Notes: a model not told the origin generated them from the letters alone. A stretch of 34,781 nucleotides of DNA from a virus (IMGVR_UViG_3300017589_000264:1-34781), one strand, 5' to 3'. Shown: positions 1-8,213, counted from the stretch's first letter. Translations and numbers: made by a program.

Positions 1-73
1 CTATCGTCTGCACTCGGAGAAAGTCTTTTGGAAATATTTTCGGACGTGGGTTCGACTCCCACCGCCTCCACCA
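1..73 (+). ncRNA. ssrA: 3' end of tmRNA (partial; continues left of the window), likely integration site
   Basis: GGACGTGGGTTCGACTCCCACCGCCTCCACCA at 42-73: GGAC plus T-arm GTGGG-TTCGACT-CCCAC and acceptor strand ending ACCA; no anticodon arm visible upstream. Confidence 0.85.
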
Positions 74-1512
74 TTGAATACTAAATCCGAACACACCAGT
101 TCGGATTTTTCATTTGTCAAATTGTAAGCAATTACAAGCTTTTCATCAGACAAATACACAGAGTTAATAAAGCATTCTATCATGTCTGCTTTGTTTTTTT
201 CTATGTTATAATCTAAATCCTTGTATTTGTTAAGAAGATAAACAATTTGTTCTTTAGTTAAATCCGGTTGTTTAATCATAGACATTTGAATTTCATATTC
301 AAGGTTTTCTTGAGCTTTTTCAAGTTCAGATAAACGGTCTTTAGTTGTCTTAGTAATAATCCCTTGTTCAATAGCTGCCATTATATTTTTTAAAGATTTT
401 TTAGTTTCAACAAGCTGCCTTTTTAAAGATAACATTTCAGTATTATCTTTGCTTTCGTGTTCCATAATAGAAATACACTTGTCAGCTATAATTTGTACAA
501 TATCATCTTGAAAAATATTAGCTATCGTTTCATCCACAACAAGAGACTCAAGCCATTCTTTTTTTACTGTAGATTTATCACATGTTTTCTCTCTTTTCTT
601 AGTAGAGCATTTATAGTAATTATAAACAACACCTTTTTTACCTTTGCCACTTTCACCAATCATGGCACCATTACAGTGGCCACAATATACTTTACCAGAC
701 AACAAATAATCCACCTTAGCCTTATTGCGCGCTGGGGCTTTTTTTATTTCTTTTAGTTTTCTCTGTACACTATCAAATAGTTCTTTATCTATTATATTAG
801 GAATACCATCTTCAATTTCGATATCATTCATAGTATAAACTCCTATATATTTTCTATTTTTAAGAATATGCCTTAAACTGTTTTTGTTATATTCACTACC
901 CCTAGAAGTTTTAAAACCTAAATCATTTAACATCCTACATATATCAATGACAGGTTCACCATCATTATACATTTTGAATATTTTTCGTACTACAGGAGCT
1001 GCATTTTCATCAATAATAAAATTCTTATTACTATCAGCTTTATATCCTAGTGCTAAATTACCACCAACAACTTTACATTTTAGTGCATTTTCTCTCATAC
1101 CACGTCTAATATTCTGTGATAAATTTGCAGAATAGTATTCAGCCATACCCTCTAGTAAAGATTCTAATATTATTCCCTCTGGTCCATCAGGTATACTTTC
1201 TTTGGCATAAATTAATTTAACACCATTCTTCTTTAATTTTGCTTTATACATAGCGGAATCATATCTATTACGCGCAAATCTATCCGTTTTCCATAATAAA
1301 ATAACATCAAAAGCTTTTTTCTCACTATCTTTTATCATACGTTGAAAATCTGCTCTCTGATCATTGGTTCCACTTTTAGCTCTATCTATGTATTCGCCCA
1401 TAACTGTTATGTCATGCATTTTAGCATAAGAATAACAATCTCTAAGTTGTCCTTCTATTGATTGTTCCGTTTGGGTGTCTGAACTGTATCTTGCATATAT
1501 AACTGCTTTCAT
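1..1512 (-). CDS. Large serine recombinase (phage integrase)
   Basis: YARYSS catalytic motif, DRFARNR, recombinase domain, Zn ribbon CGHC...YYKC...C, coiled coil. Confidence 0.95.
   Translation of the reverse strand: MKAVIYARYSSDTQTEQSIEGQLRDCYSYAKMHDITVMGEYIDRAKSGTNDQRADFQRMIKDSEKKAFDVILLWKTDRFARNRYDSAMYKAKLKKNGVKLIYAKESIPDGPEGIILESLLEGMAEYYSANLSQNIRRGMRENALKCKVVGGNLALGYKADSNKNFIIDENAAPVVRKIFKMYNDGEPVIDICRMLNDLGFKTSRGSEYNKNSLRHILKNRKYIGVYTMNDIEIEDGIPNIIDKELFDSVQRKLKEIKKAPARNKAKVDYLLSGKVYCGHCNGAMIGESGKGKKGVVYNYYKCSTKKREKTCDKSTVKKEWLESLVVDETIANIFQDDIVQIIADKCISIMEHESKDNTEMLSLKRQLVETKKSLKNIMAAIEQGIITKTTKDRLSELEKAQENLEYEIQMSMIKQPDLTKEQIVYLLNKYKDLDYNIEKNKADMIECFINSVYLSDEKLVIAYNLTNEKSELVCSDLVFNGGGGGSRTHVRKYFQKTFSECRR
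83..110 (+). terminator. Hairpin and T-run just downstream of the tmRNA CCA, embedded in the integrase CDS
   Basis: AAATCCGAAC-ACACCA-GTTCGGATTT then TT. Confidence 0.6.
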
Positions 1513-1516
1513 ATTA

Positions 1517-3037
1517 TCAACTACTTTCTATCCATTTTTTGGCTCTTCTAAATTCTAAGTTCTCTGCTTCCTTAACTGTAAACACATACTTTTCACCAGA
1601 AGAATTAATTTTTGTTTTGTCATATTGTTGATCGAATGGTAAATGATATATTTTTTCTTTAGTAATTCTATTTATATTGCATTTTATCATTGGGTATTTG
1701 CCCAATTCAAAATTTTCATGTACTTCTATACCTAAAGCTTGTGCAAATTCAGTAGCTGTATCTGACAATATAGTTGAAGTATATAGCACCGCCTTAATGT
1801 TACCAATTTTATAATCTCTTGTAAATTCAGAACAATAAACATTCTCATCTAATATATACATTTGCATTGAATCATTTTTATTTTGTTCTATCCAATATTT
1901 CACCGTTGTTCCATATAATTGATTAATAGAATTTTCTCGTATCACCTTTTTTTTTGACCAGTTTTTGCACTGTACAATATGGGTAATACCATTTTTGATG
2001 CATATTAAATCACGACCTAAATCTTCATATCCTTTTATTATTCCTTGGTAATAAACTTCATACCCTTGTTTTTCGTATGTATATCCTATATACTGCTCAT
2101 ATATTTTGCCTATTTGTTGTTTGCTTTTATTTTTTAACGTATATCTGTCTAATGCTAATTGATATTTTTCAATATTTGAAAGTTTATCATATTCTTCAGT
2201 AGAAAGATAATCTTTTGCATAATCATAGTTACTATTTTTATTGTCTACTAAAGGAATATTTGCTGAGACCTCATTTTCTTTTGATTCTTCTAGAATAGGA
2301 TAAAGACTTTCATAATATTTAACAGTGTACTCTAGCATTGTTTTTTCTTTAATTAAATTTCTTTTTTCTGTATTTATACGTTTTACTTCTTGAGCGGCTT
2401 TAAATGCTGGATTAGATTTTTTAGTAAGTTGCCATGCTATGTATTCATCTTTTTCTACACAGTACTTGCTATATAAATCAACAATCCATGGAATACTATT
2501 TTCTTTATCTTTAAGTAATTTATAAAAATCTTCGTATTTTATCTGCAGTTCTTTTTCCTTCTCTTCTAGTTGCTTTTCTCTAACGTGAAGCTTTTCTTCA
2601 AATAAATTTACATTATTAATTAATTCATTATCAAAATTCGCAGCGTCTATTAAAATATTCTCACTTTTTTTTATAAGTGGATTTCTTTTAGAAGTATTAG
2701 TAGCGTTTTTAAATAATAATTTAAGCAAAAAATAATTTAATATAAAGAATATAATAATTGCAATAAATCTTATGCAAAACTCTTTAAAAAATAATTTATA
2801 TTTTAATTCAACATTAACAAAATCTAATTGACCTTTTGGTTTTACAAATATAATTTGCCCATTCTCTGGAAGATTATATATATTATAATATTCTTTATTG
2901 TAATATCCATTAGCAAATGAAACTGGACCAAAATTAGATTGAACAACTCCATAACGTTCAAAAGGTATAAAAAACATTCCAGATACTATCATAATAATTA
3001 AACAAATCATAATTATTGTTTTATTTGAAATATCCAT
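1517..3037 (-). CDS. Membrane-anchored Mrr-like (PD-(D/E)xK, D..QxK variant) endonuclease
   Basis: Two N-terminal hydrophobic segments, coiled coil, then YE...GYEV...DLGRDL...VQCKNW Mrr-type core. Confidence 0.75.
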   Translation of the reverse strand: MDISNKTIIMICLIIMIVSGMFFIPFERYGVVQSNFGPVSFANGYYNKEYYNIYNLPENGQIIFVKPKGQLDFVNVELKYKLFFKEFCIRFIAIIIFFILNYFLLKLLFKNATNTSKRNPLIKKSENILIDAANFDNELINNVNLFEEKLHVREKQLEEKEKELQIKYEDFYKLLKDKENSIPWIVDLYSKYCVEKDEYIAWQLTKKSNPAFKAAQEVKRINTEKRNLIKEKTMLEYTVKYYESLYPILEESKENEVSANIPLVDNKNSNYDYAKDYLSTEEYDKLSNIEKYQLALDRYTLKNKSKQQIGKIYEQYIGYTYEKQGYEVYYQGIIKGYEDLGRDLICIKNGITHIVQCKNWSKKKVIRENSINQLYGTTVKYWIEQNKNDSMQMYILDENVYCSEFTRDYKIGNIKAVLYTSTILSDTATEFAQALGIEVHENFELGKYPMIKCNINRITKEKIYHLPFDQQYDKTKINSSGEKYVFTVKEAENLEFRRAKKWIESS

Positions 3038-3096
3038 ATTCGAGTTTTCTCCTAGTAAAATTAAGTGTAAAGAGCTTAATTAATATTATTAGCTCT

Positions 3097-3618
3097 TTAC
3101 ATGCTTTTTTTCGTTTGCTCTTCTATGGTACTCAAGGCAATATGTTCCGTCTTGCGTACATTTTCCAAGACATTTTTTTTATATTTTTCTTCTGCTTCTG
3201 CAACGGAATCAAAACTATAATCATTAGTCAAACTCATTTCAGCAATCGTCCCAGAAGAAACATTATCTTTTTTATTAAAATACTTCTTTATATGTTGTAA
3301 TATCGCTTGTCTTGTATTTTTATCTAATTCAAAATAACATTTCATAATATCAAGCTCTAAATCGTCCATACCTTGTTGTTTTACAAGTTCATCCAATGAA
3401 AATGTTTCTGTATTATTAAACATTTCACCTTGACCATTTCGGAACCAGTCTTCATTAATATTAAATTCTCTACATATTGAGATAATAATTTGATTAGAAG
3501 GAACTCTATTCCCAGTCTCATAATTAGCAATCGTATTTCTTGCAACACCTAATTTGTTACCAAAATCATTTTGTGTTAATCCTAAAGTATTCCTAATTTC
3601 TCTTATACGTTCATTCAA
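3097..3618 (-). CDS. Xre/CI-like repressor
   Basis: N-terminal HTH RIREIRNTLGLTQNDFGNKLGVARNTIANYETG; TTG start at 3618 after GGGGTG RBS; no S24 peptidase motif seen. Confidence 0.9.
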   Translation of the reverse strand: MNERIREIRNTLGLTQNDFGNKLGVARNTIANYETGNRVPSNQIIISICREFNINEDWFRNGQGEMFNNTETFSLDELVKQQGMDDLELDIMKCYFELDKNTRQAILQHIKKYFNKKDNVSSGTIAEMSLTNDYSFDSVAEAEEKYKKNVLENVRKTEHIALSTIEEQTKKSM

Positions 3619-3652
3619 ATGCGTCACCCCTTTATAATTTTTTTCTAATACC

Positions 3653-3681
3653 AATATAAAACAAAAAAGTCATATTGTCAA
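3653..3681 (-). promoter_or_regulatory. Leftward (lysogenic) sigmaA promoter
   Basis: TTGACA (3681-3676), 17 bp, TATATT (3658-3653). Confidence 0.75.
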
Positions 3682-3701
3682 CAAATAAATAAAAATAAGC
3701 A

Positions 3702-3730
3702 TTGACAAATGTTTCTATGAGACTTATAAT
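3702..3730 (+). promoter_or_regulatory. Rightward (early lytic) sigmaA promoter
   Basis: Perfect TTGACA-17bp-TATAAT; imperfect palindromes GTTTCTATGAGAC in the spacer and TGTTCACATGGACA over the start are candidate operators. Confidence 0.85.
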
Positions 3731-3770
3731 GTTCACATGGACAACAAAAACGAAAGATGAGGTGAAAAAC

Positions 3771-3929
3771 ATGGAAACAATTTTATCAAAAGATGAAAAG
3801 AAAGATGTTGAGGAAATACTTGATTTCTTATCTATATTAACTGCAGAGGAAAAAAAAGAATTTAAAAACTTCATGGACGGTGTTAAATTTGCAAAGTCCT
3901 ACAAAAACGAAGAATTAAAATCAGCTTAA
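3771..3929 (+). CDS. Small first early protein in the cro position (52 aa)
   Basis: ATG at 3771 after GAGGTG RBS; the ORF-track start at 3702 overlaps the -35 box. Confidence 0.75.
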   Translation: METILSKDEKKDVEEILDFLSILTAEEKKEFKNFMDGVKFAKSYKNEELKSA

Positions 3930-3955
3930 CTGGGATGATATAGGAGGGTGAAACA

Positions 3956-4114
3956 ATGGGTTTGATGGTAGACAATAACACTGCTTCAAAGATTATAAAG
4001 TTAGCTAAAGCATTTTATTCTGATCCTAATAATGTTAGGGAATTTGAGGAATGGAAAAAGGCTAGAGAGGCAGATAGTAAAAAACAGGAAGTCAAAGAAA
4101 TAATTCTAAAATAA
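3956..4114 (+). CDS. Hypothetical protein (52 aa, MGLMVDNNTASK...), not in ORF track
   Basis: AGGAGGGTG RBS; translated by hand. Confidence 0.7.
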   Translation: MGLMVDNNTASKIIKLAKAFYSDPNNVREFEEWKKAREADSKKQEVKEIILK

Positions 4115-4128
4115 TTAATATAGGAGGT

Positions 4129-4434
4129 ATGGTTATGGGTAAAAAATTAAACTATCTAGGTAATCCTGATGAGTGTTTCATATGTAAATCAACATATTGT
4201 TTACAAACTCATCACATAATGAATGGTGCTAATAAAAAATCATCTGAAAAGTATGGATTATTAGTTAAGGTATGTCCTAACTGTCATACCTTAGCACCTA
4301 ATTCTATTCATAGAGATTCTAATTTATTAAGAAAGCTAAAACAAATAGGGCAAGAACATTTTGAAGAGTCTGATACCAGGGAAGAGTTCATGAGGATATT
4401 TGGAAGAAATTATTTAGATTTGGAGGTAAGTTAG
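4129..4434 (+). CDS. HNH-like zinc-binding phage protein
   Basis: CFIC...HHIMNG...VCPNCH...IH pattern. Confidence 0.7.
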   Translation: MVMGKKLNYLGNPDECFICKSTYCLQTHHIMNGANKKSSEKYGLLVKVCPNCHTLAPNSIHRDSNLLRKLKQIGQEHFEESDTREEFMRIFGRNYLDLEVS

Positions 4435-4665
4435 ATGGAAAATAAAAATATGTTAAAATGTACAGATTGTGGCCATGATTTAAAACTTTCAGTTGCATAT
4501 GATGGATGTGACTGGAACAGTGAAAAAGGCGAAGGAAGCGGATTTGATTACGAAATATATTTTACATGTGTAAGTTGTGGATCTGTTTATCCAATAGGAC
4601 GATTACAACATGGATATGACTTCTGCGAAAACATAGAAACAAATAGACCATATAAGTCAATATAA
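4435..4665 (+). CDS. Small zinc-ribbon hypothetical protein
   Basis: CTDC and CVSC pairs; GGAGG RBS. Confidence 0.7.
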   Translation: MENKNMLKCTDCGHDLKLSVAYDGCDWNSEKGEGSGFDYEIYFTCVSCGSVYPIGRLQHGYDFCENIETNRPYKSI

Positions 4666-4674
4666 AAAAGTTTA

Positions 4675-4696
4675 AAAGAGAGTAAATCTCTTTTTT
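4675..4696. terminator. Weak intrinsic terminator
   Basis: AAAAGAGA-GTAAA-TCTCTTTT plus T-run. Confidence 0.5.
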
Positions 4697-4775
4697 AAAA
4701 AGCAATAGTAGGACAAGGTCCTTAACCTACTAATATATGTGTAAAAATAGAAAATATAACAAGGAGGAAAAAATA

Positions 4776-5519
4776 TTGAATGAATTATTAAAAGTTAATT
4801 TTGAAAATGAAAGACCTACAGTGCTTGGCAGAGAACTTCATGTATTTTTAGAAGTTAAAACACCTTATAAAGATTGGTTTCCAAGGATGTCTGAATATGG
4901 CTTTACTGAGAATTTAGACTTTAGCACAATTTTGAGCGAAAGTACAGGAGGTAGACCATCAACAGATCATCAATTAACAATCGATATGGCAAAAGAAATA
5001 GCAATGCTACAGAGAAATGAAAAGGGAAAAGTTGCAAGACAATATTTTATCCAGGTAGAAAAGGAATTTAATAGTCCTGAAAGAATCATGGCAAGAGCTT
5101 TAAAAATTGCAGATCAAACAATAAATTGCTTACAATTAGAAACTAAACAGCAAAAGCAAATTATAGGTGAATTAAAACCTAAGGCTGATTATACAGACAC
5201 AATATTAAAAAATAAAGGTCTAGTAACCATAACCCAAATAGCAAAAGATTATGGAATGACAGGGAATGCAATGAATGAATTATTACATGATCTAGGTATA
5301 CAGTTTAAACAAAGCGAACAATGGTTATTATACAAAGTTCATCATGATAAAGGTTATACACATTCCCAAACTATAAATATTATAAAAACTGATGGAAGAC
5401 CAGATGTAAAAATGAATACCAAATGGACCCAAAAGGGAAGATTATTTATTTATAATTTATTAAAAGAAAATTACATACTTCCAATTATTGAAACAGACCA
5501 AAACAAGGAGGCAATCTAA
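4776..5519 (+). CDS. Antirepressor (AntA/AntB-like N-terminus plus KilA-C domain)
   Basis: GRELHVFLEVKTPYKDWFPRM, IDMAKEIAMLQRNEKG, ITQIAKDYG, TKWTQKGRLFIY; TTG start after AAGGAGG. Confidence 0.9.
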   Translation: MNELLKVNFENERPTVLGRELHVFLEVKTPYKDWFPRMSEYGFTENLDFSTILSESTGGRPSTDHQLTIDMAKEIAMLQRNEKGKVARQYFIQVEKEFNSPERIMARALKIADQTINCLQLETKQQKQIIGELKPKADYTDTILKNKGLVTITQIAKDYGMTGNAMNELLHDLGIQFKQSEQWLLYKVHHDKGYTHSQTINIIKTDGRPDVKMNTKWTQKGRLFIYNLLKENYILPIIETDQNKEAI

Positions 5520-5644
5520 TGAATATTGTAACAGCATACGCACTTATACAGTTATATAAAGAGCATGGATGTGCATCTGTCTTTGCAGATGGGAACTTTT
5601 TAAGATTTGAGGAGGAAACTGATGATAAAACAATTTTGGAATAA
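5519..5644 (+). CDS. Small protein A1 (41 aa), paralogue of 6602-6712
   Basis: MNIVTAYALIQLYKEHGCASVFADGNFLRFEEETD...; AAGGAGG RBS. Confidence 0.65.
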   Translation: MNIVTAYALIQLYKEHGCASVFADGNFLRFEEETDDKTILE

Positions 5645-5741
5645 ATTTTGTGATGATAAAGAGTACATAAGACTTAAAATTGCGATAGCAATGATATTGA
5701 TAATTATAGTTATGGCAGTTGATAAGAGATACGGTTTATAG
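5622..5741 (+). CDS. Small membrane peptide B1 (39 aa), paralogue of 6705-6815
   Basis: MIKQFWNKF...IAIAMILIIIVMAVDKR; GAGGAGG RBS. Confidence 0.65.
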   Translation: MIKQFWNKFCDDKEYIRLKIAIAMILIIIVMAVDKRYGL

Positions 5742-5785
5742 ATGAAGATAATGTAATTTATACAGAACGAGAAAGGAGAAAAACA

Positions 5786-5947
5786 ATGGAAGAATTATTA
5801 AAATTAAAAACTAACCTTGAAAAGCTTATAGAAGCTAATTATGAAGATTATATTCTTGATGATTTTATATCCGATAGTAAAACTCTATGCGACCTGAATG
5901 AGTGTATAGAAGATGAAATCTCTTATTGGGAATGGGAAAATAATTAG
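5786..5947 (+). CDS. Acidic hypothetical protein (53 aa)
   Basis: AAAGGAG RBS; MEELLKLKTNLEKL...YWEWENN. Confidence 0.65.
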   Translation: MEELLKLKTNLEKLIEANYEDYILDDFISDSKTLCDLNECIEDEISYWEWENN

Positions 5948-5980
5948 TGCAACATAACAAAATTTACATGGAGGGAATTA

Positions 5981-6232
5981 ATGAACGAAATTGAATATGC
6001 AATAGACGTTATTAAAAAATTATCAGAGAGACTAAATAATAACGGTTATATAAAAACAGCAAATGATTTAGCAATACAAGCACTTGAAAAGCAGATACCT
6101 AAAAAGTTAGAAACGAATGATGAAAAGGACTATTGGAATTGTCCAAACTGTAAATTTGACTTTATGGGTTGTGGCTTAGAAGAAAGTCCAAAATATTGTT
6201 ATGAGTGTGGGCAAAGATTAGATTGGGAATAA
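5981..6232 (+). CDS. Zinc-ribbon phage protein
   Basis: ALEKQIPKK...CPNC...YCYECGQRLDW. Confidence 0.8.
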   Translation: MNEIEYAIDVIKKLSERLNNNGYIKTANDLAIQALEKQIPKKLETNDEKDYWNCPNCKFDFMGCGLEESPKYCYECGQRLDWE

Positions 6233-6263
6233 ATTTATATTAAATAAAAAAGGAGATAAAATA

Positions 6264-6416
6264 ATGAAAAAATATCAAATATTTTATAAATTTACAGGGG
6301 ATATAGAAGTAGAAGCAAAAAATGAAACAGAAGCTAAGAGATTAGCGGAGGATAGGGCGTGGGAAGATGCTAAATATAATAGTGAATTAGAAATTTTAGA
6401 TATATATGAAGATTAA
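6264..6416 (+). CDS. Hypothetical protein (50 aa)
   Basis: AAGGAG RBS; IEVEAKNETEAKRLA. Confidence 0.7.
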   Translation: MKKYQIFYKFTGDIEVEAKNETEAKRLAEDRAWEDAKYNSELEILDIYED

Positions 6417-6469
6417 AAATAATTAGTTAAACATAACAAAATTTATACTTACTTAGGAGGTAAAAACAG

Positions 6470-6601
6470 TTGAATGATAGATGTATAAATTGCAAGTATT
6501 ACAAAGATTTAGGATGTAGTGCATACTGGCCACACAAAGTTTGGATACCTACTCCAAAACAACAAACGTGCTCGAAATTTAAAGGAATAGAGGTGAAATA
6601 A
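6470..6601 (+). CDS. Cys-rich hypothetical protein (43 aa)
   Basis: AGGAGG RBS, TTG start; CINCKYY...C...CSKF. Confidence 0.6.
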   Translation: MNDRCINCKYYKDLGCSAYWPHKVWIPTPKQQTCSKFKGIEVK

Positions 6602-6712
6602 ATGGGAGTATTAACAGTATACGCATTAGAACAATTATATAAAATACATGGATGTGCAACAGTATTTGCAGATGGTAAGTTTTTAAAATTTGAGGAAGAA
6701 ACTAATGATTAA
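6602..6712 (+). CDS. Small protein A2 (36 aa)
   Basis: MGVLTVYALEQLYKIHGCATVFADGKFLKFEEETND; GAGGTG RBS. Confidence 0.65.
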   Translation: MGVLTVYALEQLYKIHGCATVFADGKFLKFEEETND

Positions 6713-6815
6713 AAAATTTTGGGACAAGTTTATAGATCCATTAGAATTTATAAGATTTAAATGTGCAATAGTCATGGTATTGATGATTGCAGGGTTTATG
6801 TTAGATAGGAGGTAG
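6705..6815 (+). CDS. Small membrane peptide B2 (36 aa)
   Basis: MIKKFWDKF...CAIVMVLMIAGFMLDRR. Confidence 0.6.
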   Translation: MIKKFWDKFIDPLEFIRFKCAIVMVLMIAGFMLDRR

Positions 6816-6818
6816 GCA

Positions 6819-6923
6819 TTGAATGATATTCAAACAGAAATTGCAAAAGCATTGGAACTCATAGATGATGTTGAAAAAATGAATGCTGATGAATTTGAAA
6901 TGAAGTATGGAGGTAAGAAGTGA
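6819..6923 (+). CDS. Hypothetical protein (34 aa)
   Basis: AGGAGG RBS, TTG start; stop overlaps the next GTG start (GTGA). Confidence 0.55.
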   Translation: MNDIQTEIAKALELIDDVEKMNADEFEMKYGGKK

Positions 6924-7909
6924 AAATAGGATTAATAGATGTAGATAGTAGGCTTCCAAATTTGGCTCTAATGAAAGTATCATCATATTATAAAACAAAT
7001 GATTGTGAAGTTAAATTTGTCAGACTTGGCGAAAATTATGACAAGATATTTGCAAGCGCAATTTTTACAAGGTCAAAAGGTGAATGTCAAAAGTTGCAAG
7101 ATTATTATGGCGACAAAATAGAAATAGGCGGTACTGGATGGGATATTAAGAAAGAGTTGCCTATAGAAATTGAAAATACGAAACCAGATTATGATTTATA
7201 CACCATAGAGGACATTGTGCAAAGAATTAAAGGCATTATGACAAAAGAACGTAAATTTGAAAAAGCTACTGAATTAGTTAATGCTGGCATTGGGTTTACT
7301 TCAAGAAGTTGCATCAGAAATTGTGGATTTTGTTTCGTACCTGAAAAAGAAGGTAATTTTAGAAATGTGGCAGAAATCAAAGACCTTATTAATCCTAAAA
7401 GTAATGTCCTGATACTTAATGATAATAACTTAACCGCAGATCCATTTTGTATAGACAAGCTTCATGAAATTAGAGACAGAAAACTAGTTGTGGATATTAA
7501 TCAAGGTTGTGATGTTAGACTAATGAATGAAGATATAGCACAGGCAATGAGTGAAGTAAAGCATTTAAGAAGCATCCACTATGCATGGGATTTGATGGGG
7601 TTTGAAAGTCAAGTAATGGAAGGCATAGAAACGCTTAAAAAATACATAAAACCGTATAAACATATGTGTTTTATGCTAGTAGGATTTAATACAACTTTCG
7701 AAGAGGATATGTATAGATTTAAGAAACTTGATGAACTTGGAATCAGACCCTATGTCATGAAATACAACGAAAAAAAGGATGATGAAAGGCTCAAGCATTT
7801 TGCTAGATGGGTAGATTCTATGATATACAAAGCAGTTCCTGATTTCGAAGAATATGAGCCATGGAAAAGAGTTAAATACGATTATTATAATCAAATAAAA
7901 TTATTTTAG
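6920..7909 (+). CDS. Radical SAM enzyme
   Basis: CxxxCxxC (CIRNCGFC) after TSR; LNDNN; N-terminal PNLALMK region. Confidence 0.85.
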   Translation: MKIGLIDVDSRLPNLALMKVSSYYKTNDCEVKFVRLGENYDKIFASAIFTRSKGECQKLQDYYGDKIEIGGTGWDIKKELPIEIENTKPDYDLYTIEDIVQRIKGIMTKERKFEKATELVNAGIGFTSRSCIRNCGFCFVPEKEGNFRNVAEIKDLINPKSNVLILNDNNLTADPFCIDKLHEIRDRKLVVDINQGCDVRLMNEDIAQAMSEVKHLRSIHYAWDLMGFESQVMEGIETLKKYIKPYKHMCFMLVGFNTTFEEDMYRFKKLDELGIRPYVMKYNEKKDDERLKHFARWVDSMIYKAVPDFEEYEPWKRVKYDYYNQIKLF

Positions 7910-7922
7910 AGAGGTAAATAGA

Positions 7923-8192
7923 TTGAATGAAAACTGGTATGCATTATGTATAGCTATAATACTAAAAACACCACCAGAAACAAGTTTTCAGTTATTAGGG
8001 GTAGGTAAAAAAAGAAGCATGTCTGTATTAAATTTTGACGATACGATAGACATGATTAATTTTAAAAGTGAAGGATTAACTTATAAGCAAATAGGAGAAA
8101 TGTATGGAATAAGTGAATCAGCTGCATGTAAAAGAATGAGTTACTACAAAAAAATAAAAGACCGCCCTGCTACAACAGAAACGGTCAATTGA
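7923..8192 (+). CDS. Small HTH regulator (sigma70 region-4-like)
   Basis: EGLTYKQIGEMYGISESAACKRM. Confidence 0.75.
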   Translation: MNENWYALCIAIILKTPPETSFQLLGVGKKRSMSVLNFDDTIDMINFKSEGLTYKQIGEMYGISESAACKRMSYYKKIKDRPATTETVN

Positions 8193-8213
8193 AAAACATT
8201 TTAAAAAACAATT
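8148..8213 (-). ncRNA. Putative ~65-nt antisense RNA overlapping the 3' end of the HTH gene
   Basis: Minus-strand TTTACA(8248-8243)-17bp-TATAAT(8225-8220), hairpin 8186-8160, U-run 8159-8148. Confidence 0.55.

Larger units (their letters stand above)
5937..6445 (+). repeat. Two copies of a 30-bp direct repeat (5937-5966 and 6416-6445)
   Basis: AAAATAATTAGT(GC/TA)AACATAACAAAATTTA, 28/30 identical. Confidence 0.85.

Noticed and set aside
42-73. Calling the T-arm/CCA sequence a tRNA gene
   Set aside because: No anticodon stem-loop fits in 1-41, and the GGAC-T-arm-CGCCTCCACCA pattern is typical of tmRNA
4700-4762. Possible minus-strand sporulation-sigma promoter (TTATATT-13bp-CATATATT) and GTAGG...CCTAC hairpin before the antirepressor
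   Set aside because: The motifs are short and AT-rich and no leftward ORF follows; too weak without transcript data
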